Of a stretch of DNA of 64,000 nucleotides, positions 9,987 through 18,522 are shown in pieces (position 1 is the first letter of the stretch; each line of letters opens with the position of its first letter). The notes beneath the pieces were generated by a model, which was given only the letters and a program-made list of their open reading frames with translations, ran no database searches and was not told the DNA's origin. The position numbers were made by a program, and so were the translations under genes. This DNA is from Candidatus Zixiibacteriota bacterium (GTDB taxonomy: Bacteria; Zixibacteria; MSB-5A5; UM-FILTER-46-8): assembly GCA_014730345.1 (NCBI GenBank), contig WJIJ01000051.1:3592-67591 (forward strand). Reading direction: 5' to 3'.

Positions 9987-11126
9987 ATGGTTTTGCTAAG
10001 GTGTGTTACGTTTTCTCTACTCTCGCTTCTTTTTTTATTTTCAGCATGTTCTGATGACGACAGCGGGACGAACTCAAATGGTACAAATCCGCCGGTTGAA
10101 GCAAGTATTGGCCCGGCAGGCGGCACTATGGAAATGGCAAACAATGTATCTTTAACTATCCCGGCAGGCGCGCTGAACGACACGGTCGATTTCCGGATAG
10201 AAGTCAACAGTGCTCCTGAAACTATGGCCGCACCGATGGTATCGGTAACTTCAGCGTATACAATAACCCCTTCCGGTACTCAGTTCAATGTACCGGCGAC
10301 TATCAAGGTTCACTACACAGATAACGGGTTAGGCGGAATGAGCGAGGACTCCGTGGTGATTTGCACTCATGACGGTTCGGCCTGGAGCAGATTGACATCC
10401 GCGGTAACCAAAGACAGCAATTTCGTTACCGCCAGTATCAACCATCTATCGGATTTTGCCGGTTTCGCCGATTCAACATCCGCCCCCCCACCGGCAGAAG
10501 GAGTTTTTGCCATACTCACTGTCCAGAGGACTATCATTCCCACTCCTGATACTACAGTATCGATGGATATGATTACCGCGCGTTTCGACAGTGCGTATGC
10601 ACCGTGTGAACCTTCACATCCGCTCCAACCTTCGGGCGTAACCTGCGACCAGTACCAGTTAGTTTGGTCGGCTGATATAAGCAGTTATAAATATCCTGCT
10701 CTGTATTCTGACGCATTTATAATGCTTGATCATGACTATGTTTTCGATGTTTCCGAGGGCGGCGGAGTACCCGCTTTGATTGATTCTATTAAGTTCCCCG
10801 CTGATTCACCTATGCTGTTAAGTCCATCAGCAGGGGATACGGTATCATTCTCTGGCTTCGATGTTACGTGGGATGATCCCGGTGAAGGAGTTGTAGACTT
10901 CGTTTTCGTGTATTCCGGAGACACAACCAACGCTACGGTAACTACCGATAACGATGGAAGCTACACTTTCACTGAGTCTGATTTAAGCGGTCTCAACGAT
11001 CAGGCTGGCGAATATGCCCTTGTCATGTTCCATGACAACATGGAGACTATTGATGCTACCGGATACGATTCCCGAAGCTACAAATGGGCGGTCGTGATGA
11101 ATTCAATGCTTATTTATATCGAATAG
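9987..11126 (+). CDS. Hypothetical lipoprotein
   Basis: Signal peptide plus lipobox (LLFLFSACSDDD). Ser/Thr/Asp-rich. No recognisable catalytic motifs. Confidence 0.55.
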   Translation: MVLLRCVTFSLLSLLFLFSACSDDDSGTNSNGTNPPVEASIGPAGGTMEMANNVSLTIPAGALNDTVDFRIEVNSAPETMAAPMVSVTSAYTITPSGTQFNVPATIKVHYTDNGLGGMSEDSVVICTHDGSAWSRLTSAVTKDSNFVTASINHLSDFAGFADSTSAPPPAEGVFAILTVQRTIIPTPDTTVSMDMITARFDSAYAPCEPSHPLQPSGVTCDQYQLVWSADISSYKYPALYSDAFIMLDHDYVFDVSEGGGVPALIDSIKFPADSPMLLSPSAGDTVSFSGFDVTWDDPGEGVVDFVFVYSGDTTNATVTTDNDGSYTFTESDLSGLNDQAGEYALVMFHDNMETIDATGYDSRSYKWAVVMNSMLIYIE

Positions 11127-11141
11127 CAGTCGTTTAATTTA

Positions 11142-11166
11142 GATGCCCCCTTTATCCGGGGGCATC
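11142..11166 (+). terminator. GC-rich hairpin 15 nt downstream of the lipoprotein stop. A second hairpin lies at 11196-11219.
   Basis: A perfect 9-bp stem (GATGCCCCC / GGGGGCATC) with a 7-nt loop. The second hairpin is CCGCCGAG-n8-CTCGGCGG. Neither is followed by a clear U-tract. Confidence 0.4.
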
Positions 11167-11499
11167 AGTATAATAACTATCCCCAGCTAGATGTGCCGCC
11201 GAGCCTCCGCACTCGGCGGGTACTGTCATATAAGTTGGAAATTTCATTGGTTGGCGGCTTTATAATTACTGTAATTAGGTTGAGGGATGGAATATGCTCA
11301 ATCCACTACTTTAGCTTGCCGATAAACTAACTGTGAGTAGCGGTAATTTTTCGTTCTATTTAATGGTGGAGTTACTAAATCATTATGTCCTTTAAACAAC
11401 ATAGTGCCCACTCGTTAAAAAGCGGTTTTCAACCTGAACCCACATTTTATCAAACAGGAGTTGTTCTCATAACCATTATAAAAAACAGGGGGAGTAAAA

Positions 11500-12252
11500 T
11501 TGTTCAAACGCATAATGAACTTAATGGTTCTTTGTGTCGTTTGCATTTTCGTGGGAAACGGATTATGTCAAAGTCGTTGGCAGGTGGAGATAGAGACAGG
11601 AAGGGTATATTCCGGCTACAACACAGTTCAATCGCCGGTGGAGACGGGTACTAAATTTTCACTCCAGGAAGGTTTCAGCAGTCGTAAGAATTATTACTAC
11701 AGGCTTGGGCTTATTTACAAGTTGAGTGATGTAAGTTATTTATCAATGGGATATTCACCTCTAAGTGTACGATATACCGGGGGCTTTTCAGATGATATTA
11801 GCTTTGATGGCGAAGATTTCGCTGGTGATATCCCAACATCGATTTCTTACGATTGCCATTCATATCGGCTTTCATATATCCATGAAATATACGGCAATGA
11901 AAACAAGATGGTTTCTCTCGGGGCAACAGCGAGGTTGGTCGATTGGCAAATGACGGTTTCTAATAATGCCGGGATTTACGCCAATAAAAAGCAGTTGGAA
12001 TTTATTCCGCAGTTGAACATGACATTCCAAATGATTTTGATTGGCAACTTAAGCCTGTATAACAAGGTAGATGCCATGTTCGCTTCTAAGAGCAGGTTCA
12101 GTGATTTACTCGTTGCGCTTCAATACGATTTATCAGAACGCTTTTCATTCAGGATGGGATATCGATTGCTGGAAGATGGTGAAAATACCGATGAAGAATT
12201 CAAATCCCAACTATTCAACCACCTTGCTTTAGGCTTGAAAATCAGGATTTAA
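11500..12252 (+). CDS. Hypothetical outer-membrane beta-barrel protein
   Basis: Signal peptide (MNLMVLCVVCIFVGNGLC). Alternating hydrophobic/Tyr-rich beta-strand pattern. C-terminal aromatic/hydrophobic end. Confidence 0.5.
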   Translation: MFKRIMNLMVLCVVCIFVGNGLCQSRWQVEIETGRVYSGYNTVQSPVETGTKFSLQEGFSSRKNYYYRLGLIYKLSDVSYLSMGYSPLSVRYTGGFSDDISFDGEDFAGDIPTSISYDCHSYRLSYIHEIYGNENKMVSLGATARLVDWQMTVSNNAGIYANKKQLEFIPQLNMTFQMILIGNLSLYNKVDAMFASKSRFSDLLVALQYDLSERFSFRMGYRLLEDGENTDEEFKSQLFNHLALGLKIRI

Positions 12253-12303
12253 TTCGTCCTTTCGCGAATATTTTAATGATAAGGTTTTACCCCGCGAAGT
12301 AAG

Positions 12304-12325
12304 AAGGCGCCGGATCCGGCGCCTT
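12304..12325. terminator. Bidirectional hairpin terminator between the OMP gene and glgP
   Basis: Perfect 22-nt palindrome AAGGCGCCGGATCCGGCGCCTT, lying 7 nt from the glgP stop on the - strand. Followed by a TCCAATTTT run on the + strand. Confidence 0.6.
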
Positions 12326-12332
12326 TCCAATT

Positions 12333-14942
12333 TTAAACCTCAACAAGCTTACCTTCTTTTAATTCCTTGAACTGGTCGATTGGGTCATCTATCCAGCGCA
12401 TCATTTCCAGCCCAAATTGATCAACCATATCGCGGTGATAGGGCATTATCCGGATGGAATAACCGAACATCCCGCTTTCCATGCAGGGTAAAGCGCCTTC
12501 GTAGAGCGAGGTCCCGTCATTGAGGGTTTTTACGTAATTAAGTACCTGGGTGGTGCTGTCGGAGATATTGAAGTCCACATCCTGCGGACCATAATATACC
12601 TGCACCATCAGGTCGTCAGGATTGAGGTTTCCGAGATTAATCCTGGCTATAACTTTCAGGTCATCTCCCACATTCGCTTCAGACTGTTCGATTTCGGCGC
12701 CTATTATCCTGACATCCCTCCAGTTTTCACGGATATAACTTTTCCATTTAACAACACCTTTTGCACAACCGAAGTTATCCGCTGATAGCTTTTTCCAGGT
12801 TGTGTATGCCCTGGTATAGAACTTTTCGGTATACTCCTGCACCATACGATTGGTGCTGAAGATCGGGCACAGGTTCTTCATGGAGTTTTTGACCATTCTT
12901 ATCCAGCCCCGCGGCGCTTTGTCGCTTCCACGGTCATAAAAAAGCGGAGCAACCTCGTTTTCGAGGGCATCGTAAATACTCGTGCTTTCGATCTCATCCC
13001 GGTAAGAAGGATCGTCATAGTTTTCACCGCTTCCGATAGACCATCCACGATCAAAACGGTAGCCCTCATCCCACCAACCATCGAGAACACTAAGGTTTAG
13101 CCCTCCATTGGGTAGAACCTTCATCCCACTGGTTCCGCTGGCTTCCTGGGGCCTTTGGGGATTATTTAACCAGAGATCTACACCCTGCACAAGGTAACGG
13201 GCGACATTTATATCGTAATTCTCGAGGAACACGAAACTGTGGCGTACATCTTCCTGCCGTGCGAAATGTATTAATCTCTTGATTAGTTCTTTGCCTTCGT
13301 TATCACGGGGATGTGCTTTTCCGGCGAAAATAAATTGAATCGGCCTTTCCGGGTTATTCATCATCCGTTTAAGCCGTATGGTGTCCCTTAAAATAAGAGT
13401 TGCTCTTTTGTATGTAGCGAACCTCCGGGCGAAACCGACTGTCAGGGCGTCGGGATTTAGTGTTTCCCGGGCATGAGAGATTTCCCTCGGGCTCGCTCCG
13501 CGTCTCCTTAATTGATCCGCCAGTTTTTTTCTGGCAAATGCCACCAGGCGCGCCCTGCGTCTCTCGTGGATTCTCCACAATTCAATATCGGGTATCTTTT
13601 CAACCCGTTCCCAGATAGAATGGTCGGTTGGTTTTTTGATCCAGTTGGGCCCGAGATAGCGGGTCAATAGTTCCGACATCTCCGAGGATACCCATGAACG
13701 GGTATGTATCCCGTTGGTAATGTGGTCAATAGGGATTTCTTCCTCGGGAACCCTCGGATATATCGCCTGCCACATCTTGCGGGAAACCTCACCGTGCAGT
13801 TTTGATACACCGTTGGCAAATGCCGTGGTTCTCAAAGCGAAGACAGCCATGTTGAAAGGTTCATACTGGTCATTCGGATTTCTGCGGCCCAACGCTAAGA
13901 ACTTATCGAGGGAAATCCCGCAGGACTCGAGATGATGCCCCAGGTATTTCTGGATTAAAGACGGATGAAATATATCAATACCGGCAGGCACGGGCGTATG
14001 TGTAGTAAATATCGTACCGCCCCTAACTACGTCTATAGCTTCCTCGGTTGTCAATTTATCGGTTACCATCCGGTGGCGGATGCGCTCAAAAGCCATGAAT
14101 GCCGCGTGACCCTCGTTCATATGGCAAACATGGGTATGGATATCCAGCTTCCGCAGGGCCTCCATTCCGCCTATCCCCAGGATTATTTCCTGTTGAATTC
14201 GGGTTTCCTCGTCGCCGCCGTAAAGCTGATATGTTATCCTCCGGTCCCGGGTATCATTTTCGGGAGTATTTGTATCCAGCAAATAGAGAGGAATTCGTCC
14301 CACTTCCGCTTTCCATATCCGGCAGTATACATTGCGTCCCGGGAATTGAACCGAGATTAAAACCGGTTTGCCCAGTTCATCCAATTCCGGACGAATTGGC
14401 AGATTATAAAAATCATTATCCGGATACGTTTCCTGTTGCCAGCCGTCGGAATTCAGGTATTGCTGGAAATAACCTCTTTGGTATAATAATCCCACACCCA
14501 CCAACGGGATACCGAGTTCGCTGGCTGATTTTAAGTGGTCGCCGGCCAAAATGCCCAAACCGCCTGAATAATTCGGAAGGCACTCGTTCAACCCGAATTC
14601 CATTGAGAAGTAAGCGATTTTTGGCGTATCAAACTGGGCGTATTTATTTTCAAACCAGGTTTTACTCATCAGGTGCTCATTCAACTCGATATATATCCGG
14701 TCGAGTTGGGCCATAAACCCTTCGTCTTGAGCTAACTGCATTAACTTCTCCTGGCTGACCAATCCCAGCATTTTCACCGGATTATGGTAAGTGGAATTCC
14801 ATAGATCCCGGTCAATCCGCCGGAAAAGTTCTACAGCTTCGGGATTCCATGTCCAGAAGAAATTATAAGCGATTTCATCAAGCTTCTGAAGCTCATCGGG
14901 AAGAGTTGCTTTAATTCTGAAATTTCCAAAAGATCGCGGCAT
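12333..14942 (-). CDS. glgP: Alpha-1,4-glucan (glycogen/maltodextrin) phosphorylase, GlgP/DUF3417-type
   Basis: PLP-site motif EASGTSGMKVLPNGGLNLSVLDGWWDE. Length 869 aa. GT35-family architecture. Confidence 0.92.
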   Translation of the reverse strand: MPRSFGNFRIKATLPDELQKLDEIAYNFFWTWNPEAVELFRRIDRDLWNSTYHNPVKMLGLVSQEKLMQLAQDEGFMAQLDRIYIELNEHLMSKTWFENKYAQFDTPKIAYFSMEFGLNECLPNYSGGLGILAGDHLKSASELGIPLVGVGLLYQRGYFQQYLNSDGWQQETYPDNDFYNLPIRPELDELGKPVLISVQFPGRNVYCRIWKAEVGRIPLYLLDTNTPENDTRDRRITYQLYGGDEETRIQQEIILGIGGMEALRKLDIHTHVCHMNEGHAAFMAFERIRHRMVTDKLTTEEAIDVVRGGTIFTTHTPVPAGIDIFHPSLIQKYLGHHLESCGISLDKFLALGRRNPNDQYEPFNMAVFALRTTAFANGVSKLHGEVSRKMWQAIYPRVPEEEIPIDHITNGIHTRSWVSSEMSELLTRYLGPNWIKKPTDHSIWERVEKIPDIELWRIHERRRARLVAFARKKLADQLRRRGASPREISHARETLNPDALTVGFARRFATYKRATLILRDTIRLKRMMNNPERPIQFIFAGKAHPRDNEGKELIKRLIHFARQEDVRHSFVFLENYDINVARYLVQGVDLWLNNPQRPQEASGTSGMKVLPNGGLNLSVLDGWWDEGYRFDRGWSIGSGENYDDPSYRDEIESTSIYDALENEVAPLFYDRGSDKAPRGWIRMVKNSMKNLCPIFSTNRMVQEYTEKFYTRAYTTWKKLSADNFGCAKGVVKWKSYIRENWRDVRIIGAEIEQSEANVGDDLKVIARINLGNLNPDDLMVQVYYGPQDVDFNISDSTTQVLNYVKTLNDGTSLYEGALPCMESGMFGYSIRIMPYHRDMVDQFGLEMMRWIDDPIDQFKELKEGKLVEV

Positions 14943-15269
14943 CGTCTACTCCCATGTTGTTTTGTAAATTTTGTATAATATAAAAACCGGCAAAATGTTC
15001 CTTTATAAAGACCCACAATAATAATATTGCTATCAAGAGAGATTAGAAATTATTGCAAAAATGATACCTAAATCCTGCATATATATTTATCGTCATTGTT
15101 TTGGTTTGATTAATGTAATTGGACCCGCGATAACCTTAATTTTTTATCATTATTCATCTGGATATTATAATGTTTACCGAAATAGTAGTTATTATAATTA
15201 TGTTAATTTCATATTAGTATTGTCCGCCCCGAAAAAAACCACAATATTAATAAAACATTAGAGTCTTTC

Positions 15270-15297
15270 TTGACATTTTGGGATAAAAGATTATAAT
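15270..15297 (+). promoter_or_regulatory. Near-consensus sigma70 promoter for gdhA
   Basis: TTGACA at 15270-15275, a 16-nt spacer, TATAAT at 15292-15297. About 95 nt upstream of the gdhA ATG, inside a 450-nt AT-rich divergent intergenic region. Confidence 0.6.
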
Positions 15298-15390
15298 GGC
15301 TCATCGACATTAATATTGTGAAAATGTTCACTTTTGGGCATTTTCTTACCATGATTTGAATTGATACAGGATAGCTGAAAGGATATAGAA

Positions 15391-16677
15391 ATGGAAAAGC
15401 AAGGATTTAACCCATTTGCCATGGCGCAGGCGCAATTCGATAATATTGCCGATGAATTGGGTTTGGACGCCGCCACTAAGGATCTGCTTCGTAATCCTAT
15501 GAGGGAATATCATTTCAATATTCCCATTAGAATGGATGACGGTACGGTTAAAGTATTCAGGGGATTCAGGGTTCAACATAACGATGCGCGTGGTCCCGGA
15601 AAAGGCGGAATCCGTTTCCATCCGCAGGAAACTATCGACACCGTGAGAGCTTTATCCATGTGGATGACATGGAAATGCGCGGTTGTTGATATCCCTCTCG
15701 GTGGCAGTAAAGGCGGAGTTGTTTGCGACCCTCACCACCTGAGTATGCGCGAGCAGGAACAGATATGCCGGGTGTGGGTACGGCAATTAGCCAAAAATGT
15801 CGGTCCGATCTCAGATGTTCCCGCCCCGGATGTTATGACCAGCGCCCAGCATATGCTCTGGATGCTTGATGAATTCGAGGCTATCCACGGTAGCAAACTC
15901 CCCGGTTTTATCACTGGAAAGCCGGTTGGCATGGGAGGTTCCCTGGGCAGGACCGAGGCAACCGGTTACGGGGTCATTTTTACCGTTCGGGAAGCCCTCA
16001 AATCATTGGGCATTAGACCCGAGGACACAACCGCCAGCGTACAGGGCTTCGGCAATGTCGCCCAATACGCAATACGCTTGTATGAACAATTGGGCGGAAA
16101 GGTTAAATGCGTATCCTGCTGGGATCAGGAAGACCAGGCTTCATACAGCTTTAAAAAGGACGATGGCATTGAGTTCGACAAACTCCTGGAGATAACCGAC
16201 CGGTTCGGAGGAATAGACAAAGGCAAAGCTAAAGAACTCGGTTACGAAATACTGGGCGCAGACGCCTGGTTGGAACAGGATGTGGATATTTTAATTCCGG
16301 CCGCTCTTGAAAACCAGATAAATGCCGGTAACGTGGACAAGATCCACCGGAATGTAAAAATCGTTGCCGAAGGCGCTAACGGGCCTACCACCCCTGACGC
16401 GGATAAGGTGTTGGAAGAGCGTAAAATATTCGTTATCCCGGATTTCCTGGCAAATGCCGGGGGCGTTACCTGCAGTTATTTTGAGCAGGTTCAGTGCAAT
16501 ATGAACTATTTCTGGGAAAAAGATGAAGTACTGGGTAAATTGGACCTTAAAATGACTTCGGCCTTTAATTCGGTAATGGAGTTATCCCTTAAGCGCAAAC
16601 TGTTTATGCGCGACGCGGCTTATCATATCGCTATCGGCAGGGTAGCCCAGGCATGCCATGACCGCGGCTGGGTATAA
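15391..16677 (+). CDS. gdhA: Glutamate dehydrogenase
   Basis: Glu/Leu/Phe/Val dehydrogenase motifs: catalytic-Lys region GGSKGG, PDVMTSAQHMLWMLDEF, and the NAD(P)-binding segment GFGNVAQYA. Length 428 aa. Confidence 0.93.
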   Translation: MEKQGFNPFAMAQAQFDNIADELGLDAATKDLLRNPMREYHFNIPIRMDDGTVKVFRGFRVQHNDARGPGKGGIRFHPQETIDTVRALSMWMTWKCAVVDIPLGGSKGGVVCDPHHLSMREQEQICRVWVRQLAKNVGPISDVPAPDVMTSAQHMLWMLDEFEAIHGSKLPGFITGKPVGMGGSLGRTEATGYGVIFTVREALKSLGIRPEDTTASVQGFGNVAQYAIRLYEQLGGKVKCVSCWDQEDQASYSFKKDDGIEFDKLLEITDRFGGIDKGKAKELGYEILGADAWLEQDVDILIPAALENQINAGNVDKIHRNVKIVAEGANGPTTPDADKVLEERKIFVIPDFLANAGGVTCSYFEQVQCNMNYFWEKDEVLGKLDLKMTSAFNSVMELSLKRKLFMRDAAYHIAIGRVAQACHDRGWV

Positions 16678-16692
16678 AGAATTAAACAGCGT

Positions 16693-16722
16693 AAGGCGAT
16701 ACCCGGGTATCGCCTTCTTTTT
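16693..16722 (+). terminator. Rho-independent terminator after gdhA
   Basis: Perfect palindrome AAGGCGATACCCGGGTATCGCCTT immediately followed by CTTTTT. Confidence 0.75.
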
Positions 16723-16773
16723 GCACGCGCCTTAGCGTCGGGGAGCCCGAATGAAAGTGATGGGGATTATAAA

Positions 16774-18522
16774 ATGACATCTAATCCGTACGAGCACAAA
16801 CTTACCCGTTTTGACCGCCAATTTTTCACCGGCAAGGAGAAATTTACATTTATCGGAGGGGGTTCGATTGGCGGTAAAGCACAGGGATTGGCGCGGATGA
16901 AGGAGATAATCGAGGATAACGCCAATTTCCTCGAATTCAAGAATATCGAAGTCCGTATTCCCACCCTTACCGTTATTGCCACCGATTTCTTCGATATGTT
17001 CATGAAGCAGAACGACCTTTATGAAATCGCCCTTTCTGATGCGCGCAATGACCTGAAATCACACGCTTTCCAGAAAGCGGACCTGCCTGTTCAACTTGTT
17101 GGGGATCTGCGGGCGCTGATCGAACAGGTCCATACTCCATTGGCAATCCGTTCCTCGAGCATGCTCGAGGATGCCATGTTCGAGCCATTCGCCAGCGTTT
17201 ATGCTACCAAGATGATTCCTAATAACCAGTTCAGCCCCGACCAGCGTTTCAGGAAACTGGTGGAAGCGGTCAAGTTTATCTGGGCATCAACATTCTTTAC
17301 CGATGCCGCCAATTATATTAAAAGCACGAAACATAAAACCACCGATGAGAAAATGGCGGTTGTTATTCAGGAGGTTGTCGGCTCGCGTTTTAATGACCGC
17401 TTTTATCCCCATATCTGCGGCGTCGCCCGTTCTCATAATTTCTACCCTGCCGGAGGGGCCAAAGCGGAGGATGGTATCGTTGATTTAGCTTTGGGGCTGG
17501 GCAAGATAATCGTTGATGACGGTGTCGCCTGGCCCTTTTCCCCGTCCCGCCCTAAGGCAGATCCGCCATTTAAATCGATGAACGATATGCTTAAAAATAC
17601 CCAAACCGAATTCTGGGGAATCAACATGGGTAAACCTCCCGAGTTCAATCCGATCAAGGAAACCGAATACATGAACAGGTACAACCTTTCTGATGCCGAG
17701 TATGACGGTTCATTGAAACACATCGCCTCAACCCTGCGTTCAGATGATGGCAGGCTGGTTATCGGCACAGGGTTTAAAGGCCCGCGGGTACTTAATTTCG
17801 CGCCAATTCTGCAGTTAAATGATATACCGCTTGCGCCCCTGGTGAAAAAACTTTTAAAAATATGCGAGGAAGAACTTGGCAGTTTGGTGGAGATTGAATT
17901 TGCCGTTACTCTCGATAAAAAACACGGCGCGCCCGCTAATTTCGGATTTCTGCAGGTTAGGCCTATGGTTGTTTCTCACGGCGGAGTGGAGGTTACCGAG
18001 AATGAACTCAATGGGAATAATCTGGTTTTATCTTCCGATAAAGTTTTGGGAAATGAAGTAATTGATGATATCAGGGATATAGTATATGTGAAGCGGGATA
18101 GTTTTAAAGCATCGGAGACCTATTCCATGGTTCCTCAATTAGAGGAGATAAACAACAATATTGTAACCAAAAACAGGAGATTCGTGTTGATCGGTTTCGG
18201 CAGGTGGGGTACTACTGACCCGGTAGCGGGGATACCGGTTAATTTCGGTCAGGTTAGCGGGGCTAAGGTAATGGTCGAAGCGACATTGCCGGATATGAAT
18301 TTCCAGTTGTCGCAGGGTTCGCATTTCTTCCATAATGTAACCAGTTTTAAAGTATGTTATTTTTCTGTTTACCATTGGGGCCAGTATAATATAAATTGGA
18401 GTTGGTTGGATAATCAGAAGGCGGTTAAGGAAAGCAAACATATACGCCATATTTCGCTTGAGAAACCGCTGTTAATCAAAGTTGACGGCAAAACCGGCCG
18501 TGGGGTGATTAAATATGAGTGA
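16774..18522 (+). CDS. PEP/pyruvate-binding-domain (PPDK_N-type ATP-grasp) protein with an uncharacterised C-terminal module. No phosphohistidine swivel domain is present.
   Basis: PPDK_N hallmarks: GGKAQGLARM, IRSSSMLEDAMFEPFASVY and the domain end FGFLQVRP. The C-terminal ~200 aa carry the motifs GFGRWGTTDP and QGSHFFHN, which are shared with the downstream paralogue. Confidence 0.7.
   Translation: MTSNPYEHKLTRFDRQFFTGKEKFTFIGGGSIGGKAQGLARMKEIIEDNANFLEFKNIEVRIPTLTVIATDFFDMFMKQNDLYEIALSDARNDLKSHAFQKADLPVQLVGDLRALIEQVHTPLAIRSSSMLEDAMFEPFASVYATKMIPNNQFSPDQRFRKLVEAVKFIWASTFFTDAANYIKSTKHKTTDEKMAVVIQEVVGSRFNDRFYPHICGVARSHNFYPAGGAKAEDGIVDLALGLGKIIVDDGVAWPFSPSRPKADPPFKSMNDMLKNTQTEFWGINMGKPPEFNPIKETEYMNRYNLSDAEYDGSLKHIASTLRSDDGRLVIGTGFKGPRVLNFAPILQLNDIPLAPLVKKLLKICEEELGSLVEIEFAVTLDKKHGAPANFGFLQVRPMVVSHGGVEVTENELNGNNLVLSSDKVLGNEVIDDIRDIVYVKRDSFKASETYSMVPQLEEINNNIVTKNRRFVLIGFGRWGTTDPVAGIPVNFGQVSGAKVMVEATLPDMNFQLSQGSHFFHNVTSFKVCYFSVYHWGQYNINWSWLDNQKAVKESKHIRHISLEKPLLIKVDGKTGRGVIKYE

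Noticed and set aside
11385-11654. 89-aa ORF overlapping the start of the OMP gene
   Set aside because: It is out of frame with, and overlaps, the better-supported signal-peptide-bearing OMP ORF (11500..12252). It has no SD and low-complexity content.
14099-14716. 205-aa ORF on the + strand
   Set aside because: Antisense inside glgP, Pro/Arg-rich, with no plausible start context.
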